Part shown: positions 9,639-17,091 of the stretch, in pieces
Layout of the letters: each line of letters begins with the position of its first letter
Numbering within the stretch: the first letter of the stretch is position 1
Assembly (NCBI GenBank): GCA_013336275.1
Contig: JAAXUA010000003.1
Location: 66,698-130,697, forward strand
Direction: 5' to 3'
DNA length: 64,000 nt
Source: Candidatus Falkowbacteria bacterium
GTDB taxonomy: Bacteria > Patescibacteriota > Patescibacteriia > Patescibacteriales > GWE2-39-37
The notes under the pieces: generated by a model
Told to the model about the DNA's origin: nothing
The model's input: the letters and a program-made list of their open reading frames with translations, nothing else
The model's database searches: none
Position numbers and translations under genes: made by a program

Positions 9639-9807
9639 TTGCAATTTCCAATCATTCATGTTAGGATATTTTTACAATTTCATACTAATAAACCTTTCCC
9701 ATTCGCTTTAAGCGAAACCATCCCTGGCTTCAAGACCAGGGAAAAGGTATTCTCATCCACCATCCCGGCAAGATTAGAATGCCTGGGATTTTTTAATTTT
9801 AAGAGCT
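9639..9807 (+). promoter_or_regulatory. rpsF promoter (TTGCAA-N17-TAGGAT) and structured leader ending in a terminator-like hairpin
   Basis: Hairpins TTCGC-TTTAA-GCGAA and CCCTGG-CTTCAAGA-CCAGGG. ATCCCGG..CCTGGGAT is followed by T6 about 20 nt before the ATG. Confidence 0.35.
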
Positions 9808-10281
9808 ATGGCAAAAAACAAATCCGCCGACACTCCGCATTACGAGCTCTTGTACATTATCGCTAACAAGTTTAGCGAAAATGAACTGGAACCGATAATC
9901 GCCAAAGTGTCCAAACTGATCGAAGAAGGTCAAGGCAAAATCACTCACACCGAGGACTGGGGCAAGAAAAAAATGGCCTACCAAATTGCAGGTTATTCCC
10001 ACGGTTATTACCGCTTGGTCGAATTCGACCTTGAAGCGGTGAACTTGGCCCGCATCGAAAGGAACTTGCGCATGATGCCTGAAGTCATTAGGCACCAGAT
10101 TGTCAGGAAGACCCCGTTTGACCCATCACAGGTCAGGCCCGCACCAGTCAAGCCGGTTTCAGAAAATGTCGAACCTGCAGTTGCTAAGGCTGTCGAAAAG
10201 CCGAAGGCTAAAGACAAAGCTGACCTCAAAGACCTTGACGAAAAGCTCGACAAAATCCTTGAGACCAACGATTTGCTCTAG
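9808..10281 (+). CDS. rpsF: 30S ribosomal protein S6 with a charged C-terminal tail
   Basis: HYELLYII...WGKKKMAYQI..YSHGYY signature; rpsF-ssb-rpsR synteny. Confidence 0.92.
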   Translation: MAKNKSADTPHYELLYIIANKFSENELEPIIAKVSKLIEEGQGKITHTEDWGKKKMAYQIAGYSHGYYRLVEFDLEAVNLARIERNLRMMPEVIRHQIVRKTPFDPSQVRPAPVKPVSENVEPAVAKAVEKPKAKDKADLKDLDEKLDKILETNDLL

Positions 10282-10311
10282 TCTTTAACTAAAAAATAAT
10301 CGATAACTTCT

Positions 10312-10773
10312 ATGAACCTTAATAAAGCTATGATTATCGGCAACCTGACCCGCGATCCGGAGGTGCGCAACACCCCGAGCGGCCAGATGGTTGCTACCTT
10401 TTCAGTCGCAACCAGCCAAGTCTGGAACGACCAGTCAGGTCAGAAGCAGGAAAAAGTCGAATACCACAACATCGTTGTCTGGCGACGCTTGGCCGAAATC
10501 TGCAGCCAATACCTGCGCAAGGGTTCCAAGGTCTATGTCGAAGGAAGACTCCAAACCAGGGAGTGGACCGGTCAAGACGGCGTCAAGCGTTACCGCACCG
10601 AGATAATCGGCGAGAACATGATCATGCTTGATCGTGCTGGCAGCGGCAGCGCTTCGACCGGCAACAATTTTCCTAGCTATGCCGAACAGCATTCCGCGCC
10701 TTCCGAACCGGTAATCGACATCAATTCCGGCGCTGACGAAGAGGAAATTAAGGTTGAGAATATCCCATTTTAA
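10312..10773 (+). CDS. ssb: Single-stranded DNA-binding protein
   Basis: OB-fold signature NKAMIIGNLTRDPE...YHNIVVWRRLAE and an acidic C-terminal tip EEEIKVENIPF. Confidence 0.93.
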   Translation: MNLNKAMIIGNLTRDPEVRNTPSGQMVATFSVATSQVWNDQSGQKQEKVEYHNIVVWRRLAEICSQYLRKGSKVYVEGRLQTREWTGQDGVKRYRTEIIGENMIMLDRAGSGSASTGNNFPSYAEQHSAPSEPVIDINSGADEEEIKVENIPF

Positions 10774-10784
10774 CCAATAAATTT

Positions 10785-11012
10785 ATGGAAACAACCATTA
10801 AACAAGAAAAGCAGTGCCACTTCTGCGTCAACAATATCAAAGAGGTCGACTATAAGGACGGGCACACGCTGAGGCGCTTCGTCGGATCCTACATGAAGAT
10901 CCTCTCTAGCAAGCGTACAGGTACTTGCGCTAAGCACCAGCGCAAACTTGCCACCGCTATCAAACGCGCTCGTATCATGGCCTTGATGCCATTCGTTAAC
11001 CAACCAAAATAA
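10785..11012 (+). CDS. rpsR: 30S ribosomal protein S18
   Basis: CHFC...VDYKD...LRRFV...RTGTCAKHQRKLATAIKRAR signature. Confidence 0.93.
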   Translation: METTIKQEKQCHFCVNNIKEVDYKDGHTLRRFVGSYMKILSSKRTGTCAKHQRKLATAIKRARIMALMPFVNQPK

Positions 11013-11018
11013 ACGACT

Positions 11019-11576
11019 ATGTACTCCATCAGTGAAATCAAGATTGGCAAATTGATCCAGATTGCCGAGGAGCCCTACGCCGTAATCAAGGCTGACCATC
11101 ATAAGATGGGCAGAGGCGGTGCGGTGTTGAAGACCAAGCTGCGCAACCTGATCAATGGCAATGTCCTGGAAAAAACCTACCAAGGCAACGACAAGGCCGA
11201 ACCGGCCATCACTGAAAAAGGCAAAGCCAACTTTCTTTACAAGGACGAAACCAATGCCTATTTCATGAACAATGATACTTTCGAACAATTCGAACTTCCC
11301 TTGGAACAGTTGGGTGATCGGATCAAATTCATGAAAGATAATACCGATGTCGATGTCCTTTATTTCAAGGGCAACGCAGTATCGATCGACCTGCCGATAA
11401 AGATGACCTTCAAGGTTATCAGCGCCCCTCCTGGCGTCAAAGGCAACTCTGCTGGCAACGTCAACAAGACCGTAACTATCGAGACTGGCGAAGAAATCAG
11501 CGTGCCGATGTTCATCAACGAGGGAGATGAAATACGCATCAATACAGATACCGGAGAATACGCAGAAAGAGCCTAG
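11019..11576 (+). CDS. efp: Elongation factor P
   Basis: Full-length EF-P pattern, including HHKMGRGGAVLKTKLRNL with the conserved loop Lys/Arg region. Confidence 0.95.
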   Translation: MYSISEIKIGKLIQIAEEPYAVIKADHHKMGRGGAVLKTKLRNLINGNVLEKTYQGNDKAEPAITEKGKANFLYKDETNAYFMNNDTFEQFELPLEQLGDRIKFMKDNTDVDVLYFKGNAVSIDLPIKMTFKVISAPPGVKGNSAGNVNKTVTIETGEEISVPMFINEGDEIRINTDTGEYAERA

Positions 11577-11585
11577 CTCACCAAT

Positions 11586-11620
11586 AAAAAAACAGACCGT
11601 CATTGACGGTCTGTTTTTTT
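11586..11620. terminator. Bidirectional terminator between efp and recA
   Basis: ACAGACCGTCA / TGACGGTCTGT arms flanked by A7 and T7. Confidence 0.75.
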
Positions 11621-11622
11621 AT

Positions 11623-12669
11623 TTAGGCTTCTTCTGACTGTTTTTTCTTCATCTCCACTTCTTCAAGAATCTTCTTTCTTATCTGTGACTGCAGCTTAGC
11701 GTCAGCCCTGAGAAAGCGCTTGGCGTTTTCCCGACCGACCCCGAGCTTAACCTCTTCAAATGAATAGCTGTTGCCATTCTTCTTGATGATGGCATACTCG
11801 ACGCCGATGTCCAGAAGATCGCCAGAAATAGAAATGCCTTCATTATACATGATGTCGAATTCGCAAGTTCGAAAAGGAGCGGCAACTTTGTTTTTCACGA
11901 TATTGACCTTTACACGATTGCCGATAATCTTTTCGTTCTGTTTGATCTGAGCCGCGCGCCTAACCTCAATCCTGACAGAGCTATAGAACTTCAAAGCCGT
12001 TCCGCCAGTGGTGGTTTCCGGGTTACCGAAGAATACTCCGATTTTCATGCGGGTTTGGTTAATGAATATGACCAAGGTTTTGCTCTTGGACACGATGCCG
12101 GTCAGCTTGCGCAGAGCTTGACTCATCAACCTGGCCTGAAGGCCCATGTGTGAATCGCCCATATCCCCCTCGATTTCTTTCTGCGGAACCAAGGCAGCCA
12201 CACTATCGATCACGATCACATCAATGGCATTGGACCTAACCAACGTCTCCACGATCTCAAGCGCCTGCTCGCCGGTATCTGGCTGCGAGATAAGCATCTC
12301 TTTGACGTTGACGCCGATCTTAACAGCATAATCAGGGTCTAACGCGTGCTCAGCGTCGACAAACGCCACCACGCCACCACGTTTTTGCGCCTCAGCAATG
12401 ATGTGTTGGGCTAGAGTCGTCTTGCCGCTGGCCTCTGGGCCAAAAATCTCGATTATTCTTCCGCGTGGAACGCCGCCCACCCCCAAGGCGATATCCAATG
12501 ATAGGCACCCGGTAGGAATTGCGTCCACCTTGGTTGACTTGGCTTCGCCCAAGCGCATAATCGAACCGTCTCCGAAACGGCTCTTGATCTGTTCAAGCGC
12601 CGCCTCAACGATTTTGCTTTTTTCGTCTTCGTTCTTACCCGGCTGTTTCAGCTTCTTTTCTTCTGCCAT
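11623..12669 (-). CDS. recA: Recombinase RecA
   Basis: Walker [20 protein letters not shown], and L1/L2 loop regions. Normal length (348 aa) with no intein. Confidence 0.97.
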   Translation of the reverse strand: MAEEKKLKQPGKNEDEKSKIVEAALEQIKSRFGDGSIMRLGEAKSTKVDAIPTGCLSLDIALGVGGVPRGRIIEIFGPEASGKTTLAQHIIAEAQKRGGVVAFVDAEHALDPDYAVKIGVNVKEMLISQPDTGEQALEIVETLVRSNAIDVIVIDSVAALVPQKEIEGDMGDSHMGLQARLMSQALRKLTGIVSKSKTLVIFINQTRMKIGVFFGNPETTTGGTALKFYSSVRIEVRRAAQIKQNEKIIGNRVKVNIVKNKVAAPFRTCEFDIMYNEGISISGDLLDIGVEYAIIKKNGNSYSFEEVKLGVGRENAKRFLRADAKLQSQIRKKILEEVEMKKKQSEEA

Positions 12670-12678
12670 AAATATGGT

Positions 12679-12701
12679 CCAATATTATCATCTAATATTG
12701 G
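12679..12701 (-). promoter_or_regulatory. Inverted repeat CCAATATT-N7-AATATTGG in the recA 5' region
   Basis: A perfect 8-bp inverted repeat begins 10 nt upstream of the recA ATG (12667-12669). Confidence 0.25.
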
Positions 12702-12794
12702 CTAATAAATAAATTAATACAAAAAACAAAGCGGTTTCCAAAACCCCCTTGCTTTATTCATTAACATTATAGCATACTCAGGAAATGTACGCCA

Positions 12795-13469
12795 TCATTC
12801 GACTAGGACTTGGCGCTTAACAACGGTCTTGCGGCCGAATTTCTTTTCTGCCGTAACTATTATCGTGTTTATTCCGACTTTCAACTCGACCTGCTTTTCA
12901 AAATTGCCCTGTACATCGAGTAATACCGCCTCCGAGTTTACCGTCAGTTCCGTTTCGCCCTCCGCCCAGCCCTTCACGGTTATCGACTTGTCTTTTGTTA
13001 TGATATTATTCTCCGGTGAAGCTAGGACTAACTGAGGTGGCGAGACTATCTTGCCCAATCGATACCCCAAGAACCATAAACACAGGAGGACAACCAAAGC
13101 AATCAGAAGATTTTTGATAATCTTGGGTGTGGCCCAAAAGTGCCTAGCCTTAACGACTTGCTTCGAGAAAAGTTCTTGCTTTGCTTTTTCCTTGGTGGCA
13201 GCCACTTCATTATCAAAAAGTTTCAACAGCGGTATGGGATCGAGTTTTAAAAAAATAGCGTACTCGCGCAAAAAATTCTTGCCATAAACGCCTGATGGCA
13301 GGGAATTAAAATCGCCCCTTTCTAGGGCTTCAAGGTATTTTATATTGATCCCCAAGTCTTTGGCTGCTTTGTCCAGCTTGTAGCCATAGCGCTGACGCTG
13401 GCTTCGTAGCTGTTCGGCCACCGTCTCGGAATCGAGAAATATCTTATTGATCTTGAATTGCGATGGCAT
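12795..13469 (-). CDS. RodZ-like helix-turn-helix membrane protein
   Basis: N-terminal HTH (LRSQRQRYGYKLDKAAKDLGINIKYLEALERGDF), one TM helix and a C-terminal beta domain. The ATG at 13469 is preferred over the track start at 13523 because it removes the overlap with the upstream gene. Confidence 0.6.
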   Translation of the reverse strand: MPSQFKINKIFLDSETVAEQLRSQRQRYGYKLDKAAKDLGINIKYLEALERGDFNSLPSGVYGKNFLREYAIFLKLDPIPLLKLFDNEVAATKEKAKQELFSKQVVKARHFWATPKIIKNLLIALVVLLCLWFLGYRLGKIVSPPQLVLASPENNIITKDKSITVKGWAEGETELTVNSEAVLLDVQGNFEKQVELKVGINTIIVTAEKKFGRKTVVKRQVLVE

Positions 13470-13473
13470 AATA

Positions 13474-14010
13474 CTATTTCGGCGAAATATTCCAACTTTC
13501 GCTTCCGCCAATGCCTTTGACAATCATATTGATTACCGCCCAGCTAGTGAAAACTATGACTAAGCCGATAACGGCGCCGACAATCACGGCCTTGCCCTTG
13601 GCAACCTTATCGCTCGATCCTTGAGAGAGCAAGAGTACGAAGCCGCCATATACGAACATCAGCAAGGCCAGAGAGCCGACGATGCGTTCAATCCATTTGG
13701 CAACATTGACCGCTAGTTGCAAAAAGTCGTTCAACTCATAATCTCCTGATGCTTTTTGTCCTCTTTCGTTGGGAATTATTTCAGTGCTAGCGCTATTGCT
13801 AGCTGGATTCTTGCAACACTCCTGATAGTTTGGGTCACTTGGCGACGAGCCAGGGCAAGCACCCCGTGAAACGCACGAGAGCCCATTTGCCGGCTTCATG
13901 CAGCTCTCGCCCGACAGACACGAAGCGGCGCCAGCAGTCTTTGCAAACATTGACACAAAAGACAATAATGCCAAGCCAATCACAAAGCTTTTGAATATTT
14001 TTTTTATCAT
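13474..14010 (-). CDS. Small secreted/membrane protein with a TrbC/VirB2-like (T4SS pilin-like) C-terminal two-helix domain and a Cys-rich N-terminal region
   Basis: Signal peptide, 8 Cys within ~45 aa, then IVGSLALLMFVYGGFVLLLSQGSSDKVAKGKAVIVGAVIGLVIVFTSWAVINMI. That segment is typical of CPR T4SS-pilin-like proteins. Confidence 0.6.
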   Translation of the reverse strand: MIKKIFKSFVIGLALLSFVSMFAKTAGAASCLSGESCMKPANGLSCVSRGACPGSSPSDPNYQECCKNPASNSASTEIIPNERGQKASGDYELNDFLQLAVNVAKWIERIVGSLALLMFVYGGFVLLLSQGSSDKVAKGKAVIVGAVIGLVIVFTSWAVINMIVKGIGGSESWNISPK

Positions 14011-14015
14011 AATAT

Positions 14016-15473
14016 TTAATTCACTGTCTGTTGGACCTTCTGCACGGCCCGATCCATCGTGCCGACGATGTCTTCTTGGTTGGCCACAGACTCATCAATC
14101 ATCTGATTAAAAATAGTTTCAGCCGCCAAGGCGTCCTTGCCGCGATACCAGCTTTTAGCTGTCAGCACCTGGCTGGCAAATATTCCCAGCTCAGGAATCT
14201 GGGTCTGCTGCTCAACCAAAGAACGCAGGGCCGTCGGGCGCTTGGACTTGGCGATATACACTTTGGCCTGGTCCTCCTTGGTAATGAACTGGACAAAATC
14301 CCAGGCCGCATCACGCTTCAAGCGGGGATAGTCACCGCCTTTTTTCAAATTTTCCGGGTTGGTCATTATCTTCTTGGATACAGTCTCCACCCAATAATTA
14401 GCATAATTGATCGATTGTCCGCCATTCTCTATCTGTGGCAGCTTGCTGATGGCGAAATTCAGTTTCGGCGCCTCAGCCTTGATGGTCGGAAGGTGGTATG
14501 AATATCCGAACATCATGGCCAACTGGTTATTTATGAATAACTTCAATGAGTCGTCCATTTCCTTGTTCCAGCTATAGACTTCTTTCGATGGATTGGCAAA
14601 GTCCGTGTAAAAACGCAAGGCCTCAAGCCCTGGATTGTACTTGATTCCTTTGTCAGGCGGCACCTGATTGAACAACGGCTGGCCTGAAGCCGACATCATA
14701 TCGGCACCGTTCTGCATCATCAAGGTGGAGAGGATGTCGAATGAACGCTGGACATTAACTGCTCCACCCAAGGCCACGCCTGACTGGATTATCTGGCCCT
14801 TGGTGTCCTGCTTGGTCAATTTCTTTACATACTGTTGGAAAGTACGATCCCAATAAATAGGCGGTTCGGCTATTCCGGCGTTATTAAAAAGATCTTTGTT
14901 GTAATAAAGCGCCAAAGTATCTATGAACAGAGGCAGGCCATAAACCTGTTCTTTCAAGCCTTTGTTACCAGCTTGCGGAACCTTTATCACCACGTCATCG
15001 TAAACCGTATCGACAAAAGCGGTCTTGATGTCTTTGGGCTTGATCGAATCGCTTGTCTTTACCACGTTGACCAGCTCCTTCTTGATGCTCCCCTGGGTCG
15101 TCTGATAAACCAGCGATGTCTTGTCCGGCATCGGTTCGATCTTGTTCTGATACTTTTTTATCCAGGTGCTCGGTATGGAAAAGATATCCGGTCCACGATC
15201 CTCGGCAAAAGCATTAAGCAGCTCGTTTTCATACTCTTCGTAACGGAACTTATGGTACTCGATCTTGATGTTAGAATGCATTTCCGAATACTTTTTCAAC
15301 TGTTCAGAGAATGTACTGGTATCATCCCAAACGCGCCAATAGGTCAAGGTTATGGGTTTCAGGCCGGCGGTCACGGTCGCGTCCTGGGTCTTGCAACCGA
15401 ACCCTGAAGTAACGATAAAGATGCCCAACAAAAAAATTATGCCTTTCTTTTTATTCATATGGTTATTTTTCAT
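14016..15473 (-). CDS. Lipoprotein, extracellular solute-binding protein (ABC sugar-type, family 1)
   Basis: Lipobox FGC after the signal peptide. Size and pattern fit a family-1 SBP. There are no adjacent permease or ATPase genes. Confidence 0.75.
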   Translation of the reverse strand: MKNNHMNKKKGIIFLLGIFIVTSGFGCKTQDATVTAGLKPITLTYWRVWDDTSTFSEQLKKYSEMHSNIKIEYHKFRYEEYENELLNAFAEDRGPDIFSIPSTWIKKYQNKIEPMPDKTSLVYQTTQGSIKKELVNVVKTSDSIKPKDIKTAFVDTVYDDVVIKVPQAGNKGLKEQVYGLPLFIDTLALYYNKDLFNNAGIAEPPIYWDRTFQQYVKKLTKQDTKGQIIQSGVALGGAVNVQRSFDILSTLMMQNGADMMSASGQPLFNQVPPDKGIKYNPGLEALRFYTDFANPSKEVYSWNKEMDDSLKLFINNQLAMMFGYSYHLPTIKAEAPKLNFAISKLPQIENGGQSINYANYWVETVSKKIMTNPENLKKGGDYPRLKRDAAWDFVQFITKEDQAKVYIAKSKRPTALRSLVEQQTQIPELGIFASQVLTAKSWYRGKDALAAETIFNQMIDESVANQEDIVGTMDRAVQKVQQTVN

Positions 15474-15503
15474 ATTATACCAGATTTATCACCACAAACA
15501 AAA

Positions 15504-17024
15504 CTAATCAGCTTTGGCACGATACTGCAGAGCTTCTGCGACGTGAAGCTGGCTGATTTCCTGATCTTCGGCGAGATCAGCGATGGTTCTTGCCAGCTTG
15601 ATTATGCGATAATAGCTTCTGGCGGATAAGTGCAACCGGTCTACCGCCTGATGCAGCAGGCTGAGAGTCGCCTGATCCAGCTTGTTCATCTCCTTGACCA
15701 TCTGGGTGGATATTTCAGCGTTGGTCAGAAAGCCCGATTTGGCATAGCGAGTCCGCTGGACCATCCTGGCCCTGGTCACCCGTTTCTTGATCGATTCCGA
15801 ACATTCTCCCGGCGTTCCTTGGCTTAATTTTTCAAATGAAACGCGCGGCACCTCCACGTGGATGTCTATCCTGTCCAAAATCGGTCCGGAAATCTTTTTC
15901 TGATACGCCAGCGTCTGTCCGGCCGAACAGATACAATGCCTTTCGTGATCATTAGCATAACCGCACGGACAAGGATTCATCGCCGCAACCAGCATAAATT
16001 TGGCAGGAAAAGCGATCGTGCCGGCAACGCGGGATATATTAACAATGCCGTCTTCAAGCGGTTGTCTTAAGTTTTCCAAAGTTTGCCTTGAAAATTCAGG
16101 AAACTCATCCAAAAACAGGACCCCTCGATGAGCCAAAGAAATCTCACCCGGCTTCGGCCAGGTACCTCCGCCCACCAAAGAGATGCCAGATGATGTATGG
16201 TGCGGCGAGCGGAAAGGCCGGGTTCTGACCAGCGAATTGTGTCCCGACAAGCAGCCGGCAACGCTATATATTTTTGTTATCTCCAACGCTTCTTCTAGTA
16301 TTAGGTCGGGCAAGATCGAAGTCATGGCCCGCGCCAGCATTGTTTTTCCTGAACCGGGCGGCCCGCTCATCAGCATATTGTGCCCGCCGGCGGCAGCTAT
16401 TTCCATGGCGCGTTTGACGTGCTCTTGGCCCTGGACCGAAGACATGTCGATGGGCGCTATGATCGTCCCAGCCTCGAACGGACCAGCCTCATGTTTCTGC
16501 AATGATTTTTTGCCGGTCAGATGCTCAAGCAGCTCAACTATGTTTTTCGGTCCATAAATATCCACATCTGGTGCCAAGCTGGCTTCCTTGATATTGTCTT
16601 GGGGCACGAACATCCGATCGATGCCCCATCTTTTAGCAGCAAGCGCTATCGGCAAGACTCCATGCACCGGCCTAATGTCCCCATTCAGTGCCAACTCACC
16701 CAAAAAAAGACTCTTTTGCGTCGCTTGAGCGAAGCTCGTCTTAGCCATCGACTGCAGGATGCTCATGGCGATCGGCAAATCATAACTTGGCCCCTGCTTC
16801 TTCAAATCTGCAGGTGCCAAATTGACCGTGATCTTGATTTTAGGAAACTCGATACCGGAGTTGCGTATCGCGCTCCGGACCCGTTCCTTCGCTTCTTGAA
16901 CTGCCAGGTCGGGCAAGCCGACGATAGAGAAAGAGCCGAGCTGGCCGCCGCCCGTATCGGCCTCGACCTCGATCGGCAATGCATCCAGTCCAAGACAAGC
17001 ACCTGACAAGATTTTTGCTGGCAT
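15504..17024 (-). CDS. comM: YifB/ComM family Mg-chelatase-like AAA+ ATPase
   Basis: Lon-like N-terminal domain, Walker A GPPGSGKT, Walker B LFLDE and a C-terminal ChlI-like region. Confidence 0.9.
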   Translation of the reverse strand: MPAKILSGACLGLDALPIEVEADTGGGQLGSFSIVGLPDLAVQEAKERVRSAIRNSGIEFPKIKITVNLAPADLKKQGPSYDLPIAMSILQSMAKTSFAQATQKSLFLGELALNGDIRPVHGVLPIALAAKRWGIDRMFVPQDNIKEASLAPDVDIYGPKNIVELLEHLTGKKSLQKHEAGPFEAGTIIAPIDMSSVQGQEHVKRAMEIAAAGGHNMLMSGPPGSGKTMLARAMTSILPDLILEEALEITKIYSVAGCLSGHNSLVRTRPFRSPHHTSSGISLVGGGTWPKPGEISLAHRGVLFLDEFPEFSRQTLENLRQPLEDGIVNISRVAGTIAFPAKFMLVAAMNPCPCGYANDHERHCICSAGQTLAYQKKISGPILDRIDIHVEVPRVSFEKLSQGTPGECSESIKKRVTRARMVQRTRYAKSGFLTNAEISTQMVKEMNKLDQATLSLLHQAVDRLHLSARSYYRIIKLARTIADLAEDQEISQLHVAEALQYRAKAD

Positions 17025-17043
17025 AATACAATCATTCTAACAT

Positions 17044-17080
17044 AAAAAACAGAACCGCCGTACAGGCGGTTCTGTTTTTT
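17044..17080 (-). terminator. Terminator after smc
   Basis: CAGAACCGCC-GTACA-GGCGGTTCTG with flanking A and T runs. Confidence 0.7.
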
Positions 17081-17091
17081 ATATAAACTTA

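Noticed and set aside
10770-11603. 277-aa ORF on the minus strand
   Set aside because: It lies entirely antisense to the well-supported rpsR and efp genes. It has no recognisable motifs and an odd composition, so it is a shadow ORF.
14031-15407. Plus-strand ORFs of 156 and 190 aa
   Set aside because: They are antisense to the solute-binding lipoprotein gene, so they are shadow ORFs.
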